64,000 nt of DNA, taken from positions 34,402 to 98,401 of the forward strand of contig DBRL01000014.1 of the NCBI GenBank assembly GCA_002305925.1. The letters are read 5' to 3'. Positions within the stretch are counted from its first letter, which is position 1, and each line of letters begins with the position of its first letter. The notes beneath the pieces were generated by a model, which did not search any database, was not told where the DNA came from, and worked only from the letters and a program-made list of their open reading frames with translations. The DNA is from Candidatus Peregrinibacteria bacterium UBA1369 (GTDB lineage: Bacteria > Patescibacteriota > Gracilibacteria > UBA1369). Below, in pieces: positions 46,272-55,989 of the stretch. Position numbers and translations under genes: made by a program.

Positions 46272-47234
46272 ATGCAACGAACCGCTGAAAGCGTTAGCCC
46301 AATGCATCCCGACAAAATGTGCGACAGAATATCGGACGCGATTCTTGACGCCTATCTCAAGGAAGACAGGAACTCGCGCTGCGCCATTGAAGTCATGGGC
46401 GGACACGAACTCATCCAAGTGATGGGCGAAGTCACATCAACCGCAAAACCAAATATCCGAGAAATCGTCCGCAGGATCGCTGGCAACCTCGAATGCAATA
46501 TTCACCTTGTCACGCAATCTCCTGAAATAGCAAAAGGCGTCGACGAGGGCGGAGCTGGCGACCAAGGAATCATGGTCGGCTACGCCTGCAATGAAAATGA
46601 AGCGCTTATCCCGCAAGAACAATATCTCGCGCGAAGCCTTTGCAAGCACCTGTACGAACTGCACCCAGACGACGGCAAAACCCAGATCACCTTAGCTGAT
46701 GATGGCAAAGTCGCGGTGGTCATAGCATCTTGGCGCAATATCACTTCGGCTAAGCTCTACAAGGAAATCATGCTCTGGGTGGAAAAAGAAAAAATCACTT
46801 TCGTGAAGAACGCGCAGATCACGATGAATTCAGCTGGCGACTGGGAGAAAGGAGGCTTTGAAGCCGATACTGGGCTAACAGGCCGAAAGATCGTAGTCGA
46901 TGCCTATGGAAGCCGCGTGCCAGTTGGCGGCGGAGCCTTCTCGGGCAAAGACGCCACAAAGGTCGACCGTTCAGGAGCTTATAAAGCCAGACAGGAAGCT
47001 GTAAGGCTCCTCAAGGAAAGGAGCGCCAAAGAAGTAACCGTGTTCGTCGCCTACGCGATTGGACAGGAAAAACCAGTGCAAGCGACCGCGATTATCGACG
47101 GTAAAGAGGAAGAGCTCGACTTAGAGCGATTCACACCGCAAGCGATCATCGAGGTTCTTGAGCTTAATCAGCCCATCTATGAGCAAACCGCCGAATGGGG
47201 TCATTTCGGCAACGGCTTTAGGTGGGATTATTAA
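46272..47234 (+). CDS. metK: compact S-adenosylmethionine synthetase (phage-encoded)
   Basis: 320 aa. MHPDKMCDRISDAILDA, GAGDQGIMVGYA, GLTGRKIVVDAYG and GGGAFSGKDATKVDRSGAY retain all MetK signature blocks. Confidence 0.85.
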   Translation: MQRTAESVSPMHPDKMCDRISDAILDAYLKEDRNSRCAIEVMGGHELIQVMGEVTSTAKPNIREIVRRIAGNLECNIHLVTQSPEIAKGVDEGGAGDQGIMVGYACNENEALIPQEQYLARSLCKHLYELHPDDGKTQITLADDGKVAVVIASWRNITSAKLYKEIMLWVEKEKITFVKNAQITMNSAGDWEKGGFEADTGLTGRKIVVDAYGSRVPVGGGAFSGKDATKVDRSGAYKARQEAVRLLKERSAKEVTVFVAYAIGQEKPVQATAIIDGKEEELDLERFTPQAIIEVLELNQPIYEQTAEWGHFGNGFRWDY

Positions 47235-47253
47235 TTTTTTACCAATCTTAACG

Positions 47254-48213
47254 ATGAAAAATATGAAAACTTTAATCACTAAAACGCAGCTCGCGAACTT
47301 CCCAGTACCGTATCTGTCGATGTCCGCGATCCGTACCTATCTCACCGATAGGCAGTCGTTCTTCAGACGCTACGTGCGCCTTGAATTCGACGAAAAAGAA
47401 AGTCCTGCACTGCTGGAAGGTAAAGCGCTGCATGCCATTATCGAAGCGTATTGGAAATCCGTACAGTCAGGAACGCTTAACTTTGCTTGGGAAGACGCGA
47501 CATTCCTTGCCTTAACCGAATTTGGAAATAAGGATACCGCTGGAGCTATCGACTGGGGAAAGACAGGAAGTTTTGAGAAATCTGCCGCAAGCGTGAAGCA
47601 AGCAGTGGAGTTTTACCGAGCTGCTCTCCCTGCCTACGAAGAGATTGTGGCCGTGGAAAAGAAATTCGTCTCAGACTTTGAAGACCTCGACGGCAAAAGT
47701 ATGCCGATAGCTCTGAAAGGATTCTGCGACCTAATCGTGAAGGACGGCGAGGACTATATCATAGTCGATCATAAAATGGTGACCGTAGTGAAAGAACAAA
47801 GCGAACTTGCTCCAGCTTTCGAGATGCAAGCAGCAGCCTACTGGTTCTTGATCCGAAAGGAATTCGGAGTGAACCCGAAACGAATGGTCTTCGACCAGAT
47901 CAAGAAAACGAAATGTCGAGACGGATCGCCGCAAATCGTGCCTTATGTGGTCGAATACACGCCGATGATCCTGCAGCGCTTCCTCGAGATTTATAGCCGC
48001 GTGGTGCGCGAACTCGCAGGTCAACCGCTCATCGATGAAGAGACGGGCATCGTGCAATTCCTGCCAAACCCCTTCGCTTCATTCGGCTGGGAGGAATCTT
48101 GGCAGGACTTCTGCGAAGAGGTCGATACGCAGAGGAAATGGACGCTCGGAGAAATCAAGACGATCCAGCAAAACCGCTACTCGGACAAAGGAGTGGAGGC
48201 TTTGGATATCTAG
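47254..48213 (+). CDS. PD-(D/E)XK (RecB/Cas4-like) exonuclease
   Basis: LSMSAIRTYLTDRQSFFRRYV ... GFCDLIVKDGEDYIIVDHKM (D...D-x-K). Partner of the annealase. Confidence 0.7.
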   Translation: MKNMKTLITKTQLANFPVPYLSMSAIRTYLTDRQSFFRRYVRLEFDEKESPALLEGKALHAIIEAYWKSVQSGTLNFAWEDATFLALTEFGNKDTAGAIDWGKTGSFEKSAASVKQAVEFYRAALPAYEEIVAVEKKFVSDFEDLDGKSMPIALKGFCDLIVKDGEDYIIVDHKMVTVVKEQSELAPAFEMQAAAYWFLIRKEFGVNPKRMVFDQIKKTKCRDGSPQIVPYVVEYTPMILQRFLEIYSRVVRELAGQPLIDEETGIVQFLPNPFASFGWEESWQDFCEEVDTQRKWTLGEIKTIQQNRYSDKGVEALDI

Positions 48214-48234
48214 CAATTATCAATATGTAAAACT

Positions 48235-49032
48235 ATGGCGAGACCAGAAAAGAACACAGTCGATTATTTTCCTCACTATGTGAACAGCGGTAAAACGCTG
48301 TTTACGGTTGAGCAGCGTTTTGGCAACGACGGCTATGCTTTTCTGTTCAAAATTTTGGAAATTCTCGGCAAAAGCGAAAACCATTTTATTGACTGCAGAA
48401 ACCCCGCTGACTTCGAGTATCTGATTTCAATAACAAAGTTAAACAAGGAAAAGGCCGAGGAAATCATGGCACTCTTAACCCTCCTCGGAACCTTTGATGC
48501 AGATTTATGGGGGCATCGGATTATTTACAGCGAGAACTTCGTCAAAAACCTGCAAGGCGTTTACGAGAGACGAAAAAGAAAAACGCTGACGAAACAGGAT
48601 TTATGTAAACAATTATCCGTTAAATGCAAACAGAAACCCGCCTCAAAAACATTACCGTCCGCCGAAACACCACAAAGTAAAGTAAAGGAGAGTAAAGAAA
48701 AGAAAAGTATAGGAGAGGAAGTAGAGAGTGCAGAAATTTCTGGCGAAATTTCTCCCGCCCAAAAGGCACGCGAATTTTTCAAAAAAATTGAGCAGGAAAA
48801 CTTGGATGAAAACGACGAGCGGAAAAAATTTTACAACTATTGGACTGAGAAAAATAAATCGGGCACAAAGCAACGCTGGGAGCTCGAAAGAACATTCGAC
48901 GTCGATCGGCGACTGGCCACATGGTTCAGAAATGCCGAGCAATTTAATTCACAAAAGTATGGAAAAAATCAGCGAAATCATCAAGGAAACGGGCACGTTT
49001 CCACCGAAGGACGCGCCGACTTGGTCGTGTAG
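48235..49032 (+). CDS. phage replication initiation/organiser protein (DUF4373-like N-terminus)
   Basis: VDYFPHYVNSGKTLFTVEQRFGNDGYAFLFKILEILG matches my memory of the Lin1244/DUF4373 N-terminal domain. Sits directly before the helicase loader. Confidence 0.55.
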   Translation: MARPEKNTVDYFPHYVNSGKTLFTVEQRFGNDGYAFLFKILEILGKSENHFIDCRNPADFEYLISITKLNKEKAEEIMALLTLLGTFDADLWGHRIIYSENFVKNLQGVYERRKRKTLTKQDLCKQLSVKCKQKPASKTLPSAETPQSKVKESKEKKSIGEEVESAEISGEISPAQKAREFFKKIEQENLDENDERKKFYNYWTEKNKSGTKQRWELERTFDVDRRLATWFRNAEQFNSQKYGKNQRNHQGNGHVSTEGRADLVV

Positions 49033-49777
49033 GGACTGCCGAGATCAGGGGTTCACCGAAAATTCCGTGAGCTACCAATGCTACGGTATGAGCGACAAGC
49101 ACTTCTGCCCTGAATGCGAGAAAGGCAGAGCCATGTACGACGAATGGAAAAACCGACCTGAGCAGCAAGCAAATATCCGTGCGTGGAAACAAGACAGAAT
49201 CGACCGTGCGCTGCGAATATCAGGTATTGAGGGATTCTTCCGAAGCAAACGACTCAACGACCTTAAAGGAAATCACAAGCTGCATGACGAAATCACGAAG
49301 TTTCTCGGCAATTGGAAAGCCATGAAGCACAACGGTTATGGCTTCTACTTCTGGGGAAATGTGGGCGCTGGCAAAACTCACGCAGCGATCGTGTTGGCCA
49401 ATGAACTCATGGAACGCGAGATGGTCGAAGTGCTGTTCCTGAACATGCCCGAAGCAATCACGAGAGTAAAAAACACATTTGATACGGAAGTGAAAAATGA
49501 AGACGCGAAGCTCTTCGAGCGCATGAAAGAAATGGAACTCTTGGTGCTCGATGACATGGGTGTTGAAAAGTATTCGGACTGGATGGCTGATCAGCTCTAC
49601 CAGATTATCGACCACCGCTGGAAGAACCGAAAGCCGATGATTATCACCTCCAATCTCTCCTTGGAAGACCTCGCGAAGAGCTACAAACCGCAAATCGCTT
49701 CAAGAATCACTGGATGCTGCAAGCCGATACGATTCACGGATAAAGACCGCCGTTACCAGCCCGCTCCTCTTTTCTAA
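48959..49777 (+). CDS. DnaC/IstB-like AAA+ helicase loader with an N-terminal zinc ribbon
   Basis: CRDCRDQG...CPECEKG, Walker A GNVGAGKTHAA, Walker B LLVLDDMG. The start is uncertain (the tracked ORF begins at 48728 inside the previous gene). Confidence 0.75.
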   Translation: MEKISEIIKETGTFPPKDAPTWSCRDCRDQGFTENSVSYQCYGMSDKHFCPECEKGRAMYDEWKNRPEQQANIRAWKQDRIDRALRISGIEGFFRSKRLNDLKGNHKLHDEITKFLGNWKAMKHNGYGFYFWGNVGAGKTHAAIVLANELMEREMVEVLFLNMPEAITRVKNTFDTEVKNEDAKLFERMKEMELLVLDDMGVEKYSDWMADQLYQIIDHRWKNRKPMIITSNLSLEDLAKSYKPQIASRITGCCKPIRFTDKDRRYQPAPLF

Positions 49778-49785
49778 CAAATACC

Positions 49786-50148
49786 ATGAGACATTTTTAC
49801 CGCCACAATTCGAACAAATTCGGAAACCGCAAAACAACGGTCGACGGTATCGAATTTGCGAGCGCCAAGGAGGCGCGAAGGTACATGGAGCTGAAGCTCT
49901 TGCAGCGCACTGGCGAGATCAAACAACTGAAAGTACAGCCCCGCTTCGAACTGATGCCTTCCTTCAAACACGAAGGCCGAGTGCAAAGGAAAATCGAGTA
50001 TGTGGCCGACTTCAGCTACATAAACAAAGACGGAGAAAAAATCGTCGAGGATGTGAAATCCGAAATCACGAAAAACCATCCCGTCTACCGCCTCAAGAAG
50101 AAATTACTTCTCTACAGGCACAAGGATTTTACATTTTTGGAAACTTAA
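49786..50148 (+). CDS. DUF1064-family phage protein (nuclease-fold)
   Basis: NKFGNRKTTVDGIEFASAKEARRYMELKLLQRTGEIKQLKVQPRFEL...EYVADFSY...VEDVKS. Confidence 0.7.
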   Translation: MRHFYRHNSNKFGNRKTTVDGIEFASAKEARRYMELKLLQRTGEIKQLKVQPRFELMPSFKHEGRVQRKIEYVADFSYINKDGEKIVEDVKSEITKNHPVYRLKKKLLLYRHKDFTFLET

Positions 50149-50152
50149 AGTT

Positions 50153-50356
50153 ATGGAAAACATCCCTATCAAAACAGCGCGCGGCAACTACATACTCTTC
50201 AAATACCTCATAAAAGAAGGGTTTCCGCTCATAGAAATCAAAGACCGAAACAAAAAATTTTGGTATTATAAATTCGAGAACGGAGAGTTTAAAGTAGTGA
50301 CCGTCACATCAAAGTCCCTCTTTGAGGAACTTCCCGAATTGCTTGAGGATTCGTAG
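50153..50356 (+). CDS. hypothetical phage protein
   Basis: 67-aa ORF, tightly packed. Confidence 0.4.
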   Translation: MENIPIKTARGNYILFKYLIKEGFPLIEIKDRNKKFWYYKFENGEFKVVTVTSKSLFEELPELLEDS

Positions 50357-50399
50357 GCTAAGCCTATAATCAAGCAAATATCGGAAACCAAAGTCTTAA

Positions 50400-50442
50400 A
50401 GACCATTTGCCCGCAAAAACGGGCGTCGCATGGTCTTTTTTT
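50400..50442 (+). terminator. intrinsic terminator separating the replication and methylase/packaging modules
   Basis: AGACCAT...(inner GCCCG-caaaaa-CGGGC)...ATGGTCT followed by T7. Confidence 0.7.
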
Positions 50443-50454
50443 AATTTTATCCCT

Positions 50455-51711
50455 ATGAAAATCGAACAAGTAAACATCGAACAACTCATCTTCGCGGACT
50501 ACAACCCGCGAGCCTCAACCGAAAAGGAAGAGCAAGAACTCAAGAAATCCATTGAGCGCTTTGGCTTCGTGGAGCCAGTTATCGTAAACAGCGCCGAGAA
50601 CCGTAAGAACATTATTATCGGCGGACACTTCCGTGTGCGCATGGCAAAGAAAATGGGCATCAACGAAGTGCCCGTGCATTACATCAAAATAACAGACGTT
50701 CAAAAGGAGAAAGAACTCAACCTACGTCTCAATAAAAACTTGGGACACTGGGATATGGATTTACTCGCAAACTTCGACGAAGAGATGCTTCTCGACGTCG
50801 GTTTTGATTCTTCCGAGATAGATGCGCTTTTCCTGAACCTTGATCCAGACGACAAAGACGACGAAGTGCCCGAACTCCCAGACACCGCAGTATCAAAACA
50901 CGGTGAAATTTATCTGCTCGGCGAACATCGGCTCATGTGCGGAGACGCTACGAGCAAAGACGATGTTGCCAAACTCATGAACAACCAGAAAGCCGACATG
51001 GTATTTACCGATCCGCCTTACAACGTGAACTACAAAGGCACGGGCGAAAAGACTAAAAACCACATCAAGAACGACAACATGAGCGATGATGCCTTCATGG
51101 ATTTTTTAACAAAATCATTCCAGCGTTACCGCGAGTCAATGAAAGGCGGAGCTGGCATGTATGTCTTCCATAGCTCATCAACGCAAAGACAATTCGAGGG
51201 CTCACTTGAGAAAGCAGGCTTTGAAGTGAAAAACCAACTCATCTGGAATAAGCCATCAAGCGCGCTCGGTTGGGGTGATTATCGCTGGAAGCACGAACCG
51301 TTCTTCTACACGGGACTCAAGGGCGAAAAGATTCAGTTTTACGGCGACCGCTCCCACTCCACCGTCTGGGACTTCCAGAAATCGGAAAAGGAATTGCTCG
51401 CATGGGCTCAGCGCATGAAGCGGTATGAGCAGCAAGGAAAAACAACGGTGTGGAGTATGTCGCGCAGCAATGTGCAGGAATACGTTCACCCGACACAAAA
51501 ACCCGTGGAGCTCGTCTCTTACGCCATCGTAAATAGCAGCAAGTCAGGTGATATCGTGCTCGACCTGTTTATGGGCTCGGGCTCGGCTCTGATTGCCTGC
51601 GAGAAAACACACCGCGTGTCTTACGGCATGGAACTCGACCCGAAATACGTCGACGTGATCGTAAAACGCTGGGAAGACTTCACTGGCAAAAAGGCCAAAA
51701 AATGCCCCTAA
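50455..51711 (+). CDS. ParB-like nuclease domain fused to a beta-class N6/N4 DNA methyltransferase
   Basis: N-terminal ParB/Srx pattern (ADYNPR...PVIVN...IIGGHFR). Methylase motifs VFTDPPYNVNY and LDLFMGSGSALIACE. Confidence 0.85.
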   Translation: MKIEQVNIEQLIFADYNPRASTEKEEQELKKSIERFGFVEPVIVNSAENRKNIIIGGHFRVRMAKKMGINEVPVHYIKITDVQKEKELNLRLNKNLGHWDMDLLANFDEEMLLDVGFDSSEIDALFLNLDPDDKDDEVPELPDTAVSKHGEIYLLGEHRLMCGDATSKDDVAKLMNNQKADMVFTDPPYNVNYKGTGEKTKNHIKNDNMSDDAFMDFLTKSFQRYRESMKGGAGMYVFHSSSTQRQFEGSLEKAGFEVKNQLIWNKPSSALGWGDYRWKHEPFFYTGLKGEKIQFYGDRSHSTVWDFQKSEKELLAWAQRMKRYEQQGKTTVWSMSRSNVQEYVHPTQKPVELVSYAIVNSSKSGDIVLDLFMGSGSALIACEKTHRVSYGMELDPKYVDVIVKRWEDFTGKKAKKCP

Positions 51712-51758
51712 CCTGTGACACTTGTTACACGGACGGGGGTGCTTACTAACTCACTTTT

Positions 51759-52109
51759 ATGCAAGGCAAGAAAACCACAATTCGAGACAAAAAACGGTTC
51801 CTTGAGGCGCTGCAACGCCGCAAAGGGATCGTTACGCTTGCCTGCAAGGAAGTGGGCATAAGCTCGATGACCTTTTACCGATGGCAAAAGGACGATCCTG
51901 ATTTTTACGAGAAGTCTGAGGAAATCCGATACGTCGAAATCGGAATTATCGCCGAAGACAGATTAGCGGAAGCCATCATCGTAAACAAAGACATGAACAT
52001 GGTGCGTTTCTACCTGCAGACCAGAAACCACAAATACATGATGAAGCAGCAACTCCAGTTTGAAGACCCGACTGCAGAACTCGCCAAACTCTTATCACAA
52101 GAAGAATGA
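51759..52109 (+). CDS. terminase small subunit (HTH)
   Basis: 116 aa. LACKEVGISSMTFYRWQKDDPDF. Overlaps the large subunit start. Confidence 0.65.
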   Translation: MQGKKTTIRDKKRFLEALQRRKGIVTLACKEVGISSMTFYRWQKDDPDFYEKSEEIRYVEIGIIAEDRLAEAIIVNKDMNMVRFYLQTRNHKYMMKQQLQFEDPTAELAKLLSQEE

Positions 52110-53488
52110 TCATAGACCTGCCAAAAACATATCGCGGGCTGAACTTGTTTGGGGAGAAATACTTCAAACGGCCGTTCACGGAATACCAACGGACAATCGC
52201 CGAGCAGATTCTCCGCACTGTTTTTGTTGGCGGCGGTGAAGAGGTATTTATCGAAGTATCAAGGCAAGCAGGAAAAACAACCGCTGTCGTGGACGCGATC
52301 GCATATCTCATGACGTTCGCACACCACTTCTTCCCAACACCCTTATCCATCGGCATATTCGCTCCTCAAAAAGAACAGGCGAAGACGGACTTCGACAGAC
52401 TCAAAGATAACCTGAGAATCCTGAAAGAAGTCTTCCGTCTCGACTTCGAAGAATCAAATGGGACAACGCTAAAACTTGGAAACGGCAATGTCATTTACTG
52501 TTTCTCGCTGGCTCCAACCTCGCACCTTGAAAGTAAATCGCTCCATTTGGCCGTGATTGAAGAGGCTCAAAAGATTGATGACGAGAAAGCCAAAAATGAA
52601 GTATTTCCAATGCTCGCTTCAACCAATGGCAGCAAGATATTCATCGGCTCTGGCGGATATCAGCTGTGCAATTTTTACCGAGGAATCGAGAACAACAAAA
52701 ACGTCTTCAAGTACGACTACAAGCGAGTGATTGCCGATAAAGAAAAACTGCATGCAAAAACCAAGAATCCGCTGCACCTCAAATACAAGGACTTCATCGA
52801 AGGCGAAAAGGAACGCTACCGCGAAGACAGCGACTACTTCCAGACACAGTATGCGCTGGAATGGAAGATCGGACGCGGAATGCTCGTGACCAAGACGGAA
52901 CTGGAAAAACTGGGACGCAAATACATCGTCAAGCTGCCATACGAAAATCCAGTCTATGTCGGCTGGGACGTGGCCAAGGAGCAGGACGAAAGCGTGGTCA
53001 CGGTGATCGGCTGGGATGAAGAACTGAAAAAGTACAAGGTGCTGTGCTGGCTTGCGATGAAGGGTGACGACTATACCGAACAGGTGGAAATCGTGGCGAA
53101 GGAACTTACTAAATTTAAGCACGTCATGAAGGTGTGCATCGATGCGACAGGCGTCGGCGATCCCGTGGTCGACAACTTCAAAAAACAGACCAGATACAAC
53201 ACCGAACCCGTGAAATTCAGTCTGCAAAACAAGGACACGCTCTACAAGAACCTTATCAAAGTCCTGCGCGACGAAGAACTCGCGTACCAAGAAGACCACA
53301 AATACACACCGAAATTCGAAAACCAAATGCTTGAAATGATCAAGGAATACAAGGGCGAATTCCTGTCCTGCCATCACCCAGACAAAGCGGGGGCGCATGA
53401 CGACTTTCCCGACTCACTCGCCCTCGCACTGTACAAGGCAAGAAAAATCACCGACGTGAACCTCAACCGTCACGATCTCGGACTTTAA
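52106..53488 (+). CDS. terminase large subunit
   Basis: Walker A VSRQAGKTTAV, Walker B LAVIEEAQ, and C-terminal RNase-H-like acidic residues (GWDVAKEQDESV; CIDATGVGD; AHDDFPDSL). Confidence 0.8.
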   Translation: MIIDLPKTYRGLNLFGEKYFKRPFTEYQRTIAEQILRTVFVGGGEEVFIEVSRQAGKTTAVVDAIAYLMTFAHHFFPTPLSIGIFAPQKEQAKTDFDRLKDNLRILKEVFRLDFEESNGTTLKLGNGNVIYCFSLAPTSHLESKSLHLAVIEEAQKIDDEKAKNEVFPMLASTNGSKIFIGSGGYQLCNFYRGIENNKNVFKYDYKRVIADKEKLHAKTKNPLHLKYKDFIEGEKERYREDSDYFQTQYALEWKIGRGMLVTKTELEKLGRKYIVKLPYENPVYVGWDVAKEQDESVVTVIGWDEELKKYKVLCWLAMKGDDYTEQVEIVAKELTKFKHVMKVCIDATGVGDPVVDNFKKQTRYNTEPVKFSLQNKDTLYKNLIKVLRDEELAYQEDHKYTPKFENQMLEMIKEYKGEFLSCHHPDKAGAHDDFPDSLALALYKARKITDVNLNRHDLGL

Positions 53489-53506
53489 TCACTTAATTAA
53501 AATCAT

Positions 53507-54922
53507 ATGAGCGACATCACAATGCAATTTCCGACCAACGAAGACTTCAACCGCGTGGCCAAACTGAACAATTACTACAACGTGTTCAAAGGGCTGCACA
53601 GCAAGGTTTTCAAACTCAAAAGCTACTTCGAGGAAGACAGTAAGAAAAAGACGCTGCTTTATCTCGCATACAATGTCGGCCAGATCATATCGCTGACAGC
53701 TGCTGATTTCCTCTTCGGAGAGCAATTGAAAATCAAAACCAACGAATCGGAAGACCAAAAGCCGACGGAAGACAAAATCAATGCCATTATTCAAAACAAT
53801 TACCTCGACGAAAAGCTATACCAAAGCGCCGTAATGCAGGACGTGGCTGGATTCACAGTCTTTGCAGTGCGACAAAAGGATAAGACGGCTGTAATTGAGG
53901 AAATACCATACGACAACTACTACCCAGACTTCACAGGTGTACGGCTTGGCGAAGAGCCGCGCCAGATCGTGATAGCTTCCTACGTTGACCTCGTGAATCC
54001 GAAGAACCAAAAGAAAGAAACCTTCCTCTACAAGCAAATTCACAAACTGGAAAACAGCAAAGGCAAAATTATGCATGAACTTTGGACGACAAGTCCAGAA
54101 ATGAAGCAATCGGAAAAAACCGAACTTTCGCTCTTCAGCACCGAACTGCCAGAGGAAGAAACGACGGAACTCAATTATCTCCCGATTTTCCAGATCGATA
54201 ACTTTAAGACCGTAAAGGAACGCTTTGGCATCTCGACCTATGAAAGCGTGATGAACTTGTTTGAGGAAATAAACGACCGCATCACGCAAATCTCGGTGCA
54301 ACTCATTAAGCACCTGAATTCAAAGGTTGCCGTCGGCGAGGGCGTGCTCAGCAAGAAGGGCGAAATGGATAGCTCACAGGACATCTTCCTCGTTGAAAAA
54401 GGCGACATCGTGCCGCAGTACATCACCAATTCCAACCCGTTGATCGAAGAAGGATTCAAGCAGATTGAAGGGCTTATAAGGCAAATTTGCACGGTTACGC
54501 AAACACCCGTGTCATTCTTGGGACTGGAAGATAAAGGCGGAGTGGAAAAGGTCGAAACAGCCAAACTCCGCATGGCTGCGTTTCTCAAAAAGATCAAGCG
54601 CAAGCAACGTGCTTATGAAGCAAAGCTGATCGATATTTTGAAGACAGCATTGTTCTTCGAGGGTGCAAAGAAATTCCCAGACAGCCTAGATATCACGTTC
54701 ACTTGGGATTTGGGATTGCCTCGCGATTTATTCACTGAAGCCCAAACGCATCAGATCATGGTCGAGAGCGGAATTGAGAGCAAAGAGACAGCCATTCGTG
54801 AACTTAAAGGAATTGATGGACAGACTTTGCAAAACGAACTTGAAAAGATTGCAAAGCAGGATGAGATGTCTGGTTATCAGATGGATCAATCCCGCAAACA
54901 GGTTCCTGATATCAGTATTTAA
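53507..54922 (+). CDS. portal protein (SPP1 gp6-like by size and position)
   Basis: 471 aa, directly after TerL and before the MuF-like gene. Confidence 0.65.
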   Translation: MSDITMQFPTNEDFNRVAKLNNYYNVFKGLHSKVFKLKSYFEEDSKKKTLLYLAYNVGQIISLTAADFLFGEQLKIKTNESEDQKPTEDKINAIIQNNYLDEKLYQSAVMQDVAGFTVFAVRQKDKTAVIEEIPYDNYYPDFTGVRLGEEPRQIVIASYVDLVNPKNQKKETFLYKQIHKLENSKGKIMHELWTTSPEMKQSEKTELSLFSTELPEEETTELNYLPIFQIDNFKTVKERFGISTYESVMNLFEEINDRITQISVQLIKHLNSKVAVGEGVLSKKGEMDSSQDIFLVEKGDIVPQYITNSNPLIEEGFKQIEGLIRQICTVTQTPVSFLGLEDKGGVEKVETAKLRMAAFLKKIKRKQRAYEAKLIDILKTALFFEGAKKFPDSLDITFTWDLGLPRDLFTEAQTHQIMVESGIESKETAIRELKGIDGQTLQNELEKIAKQDEMSGYQMDQSRKQVPDISI

Positions 54923-54933
54923 CCCGATACCAT

Positions 54934-55125
54934 ATGAGCTACAACACCTATCCTAACCCTTACCAGAAACACCTCTCTTCCGAAGAGGTGCTGCAGAAAC
55001 GCCTCGAGAATATCGACCGCAACTGGCTGAAATACGCAAAGGTCGCATTAATTTTCCATGCGCTGCTGCTGATATTTTTATTCACGGTCATCGTTACCGT
55101 GAGATTCGCATTCCTAATTTTTTAA
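54934..55125 (+). CDS. small membrane protein
   Basis: 63 aa with one C-terminal TM helix (VALIFHALLLIFLFTVIVTV). Confidence 0.4.
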   Translation: MSYNTYPNPYQKHLSSEEVLQKRLENIDRNWLKYAKVALIFHALLLIFLFTVIVTVRFAFLIF

Positions 55126-55127
55126 TT

Positions 55128-55898
55128 ATGGCCAACGAAACAAAACTCATAAACATTTACCGCCGAGCAGCGCAGCAGCTGAGAACAACCGTCAGACGTG
55201 CTGATCCGAGAAAGCCAATCATCCTGATTCGGAAAGTGATTATGGGAGACATCAACAAAATTGCCTCTGATTTGGAACGCGAGACAAAGAATTGGCTCGT
55301 GGTCGAGATTCCGCAGGAATACAAGCGTGGCAGTCAGCAAGCGGTAGCGGATGCGAGCAAACTTGGGCTAACACTTGATAAAACAGGTTTCGGGCAAGTC
55401 CACAAAGAAGCTATTCAAGCATTGACCGAAGATGCCTACCTCGACTTTGCCGCTGGTATTGAAGGAGTACGGCGTGCAGGCCGTGGATTTGTAAGCGAGA
55501 TTGTGAAAAAGAAAATCAATGAGCGGATTGTTTCGGGACAGCTCGAAGGAAAAGCACTCGAAACGGTAAAGAAAGAAGTAAAACAGCTCGTGGATGACAC
55601 GGGATTTACTGCACTGGTGGATCGAGGCGGAAAACACTGGAGTATCGACAGCTATGCAGAAATGCTTGTACGCACCCATGTAATCAAGGCAAACGGTGAA
55701 GGCACGAAGAATAGACTGCTTTCCAATCAAGTCGATCTAGTCGAAATATCCCAGCACAATTCGTCGTGCCCGATTTGCCAACCATACGAAGGCCAAGTTT
55801 ACAGCCTTACTGGAAAAACTGAGGGCTACGATAAGGCTCCAGAATTACCGATTCATCCAAACTGCAGGCATACATATTTACCGTACATTGAGGACTAA
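55128..55898 (+). CDS. head morphogenesis protein (Mu F / SPP1 gp7 family)
   Basis: C-terminal CPICQPYEGQVY...LPIHPNCRHTYLPY is the family signature. Confidence 0.8.
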   Translation: MANETKLINIYRRAAQQLRTTVRRADPRKPIILIRKVIMGDINKIASDLERETKNWLVVEIPQEYKRGSQQAVADASKLGLTLDKTGFGQVHKEAIQALTEDAYLDFAAGIEGVRRAGRGFVSEIVKKKINERIVSGQLEGKALETVKKEVKQLVDDTGFTALVDRGGKHWSIDSYAEMLVRTHVIKANGEGTKNRLLSNQVDLVEISQHNSSCPICQPYEGQVYSLTGKTEGYDKAPELPIHPNCRHTYLPYIED

Positions 55899-55989
55899 TT
55901 TCGGGGTTATTGGTCTTGTAAAAAAATACCAATTTGGTACAATCAACATAGAAAGTTTTGATTATAATTAATTGCCAACCAAATCAGGT

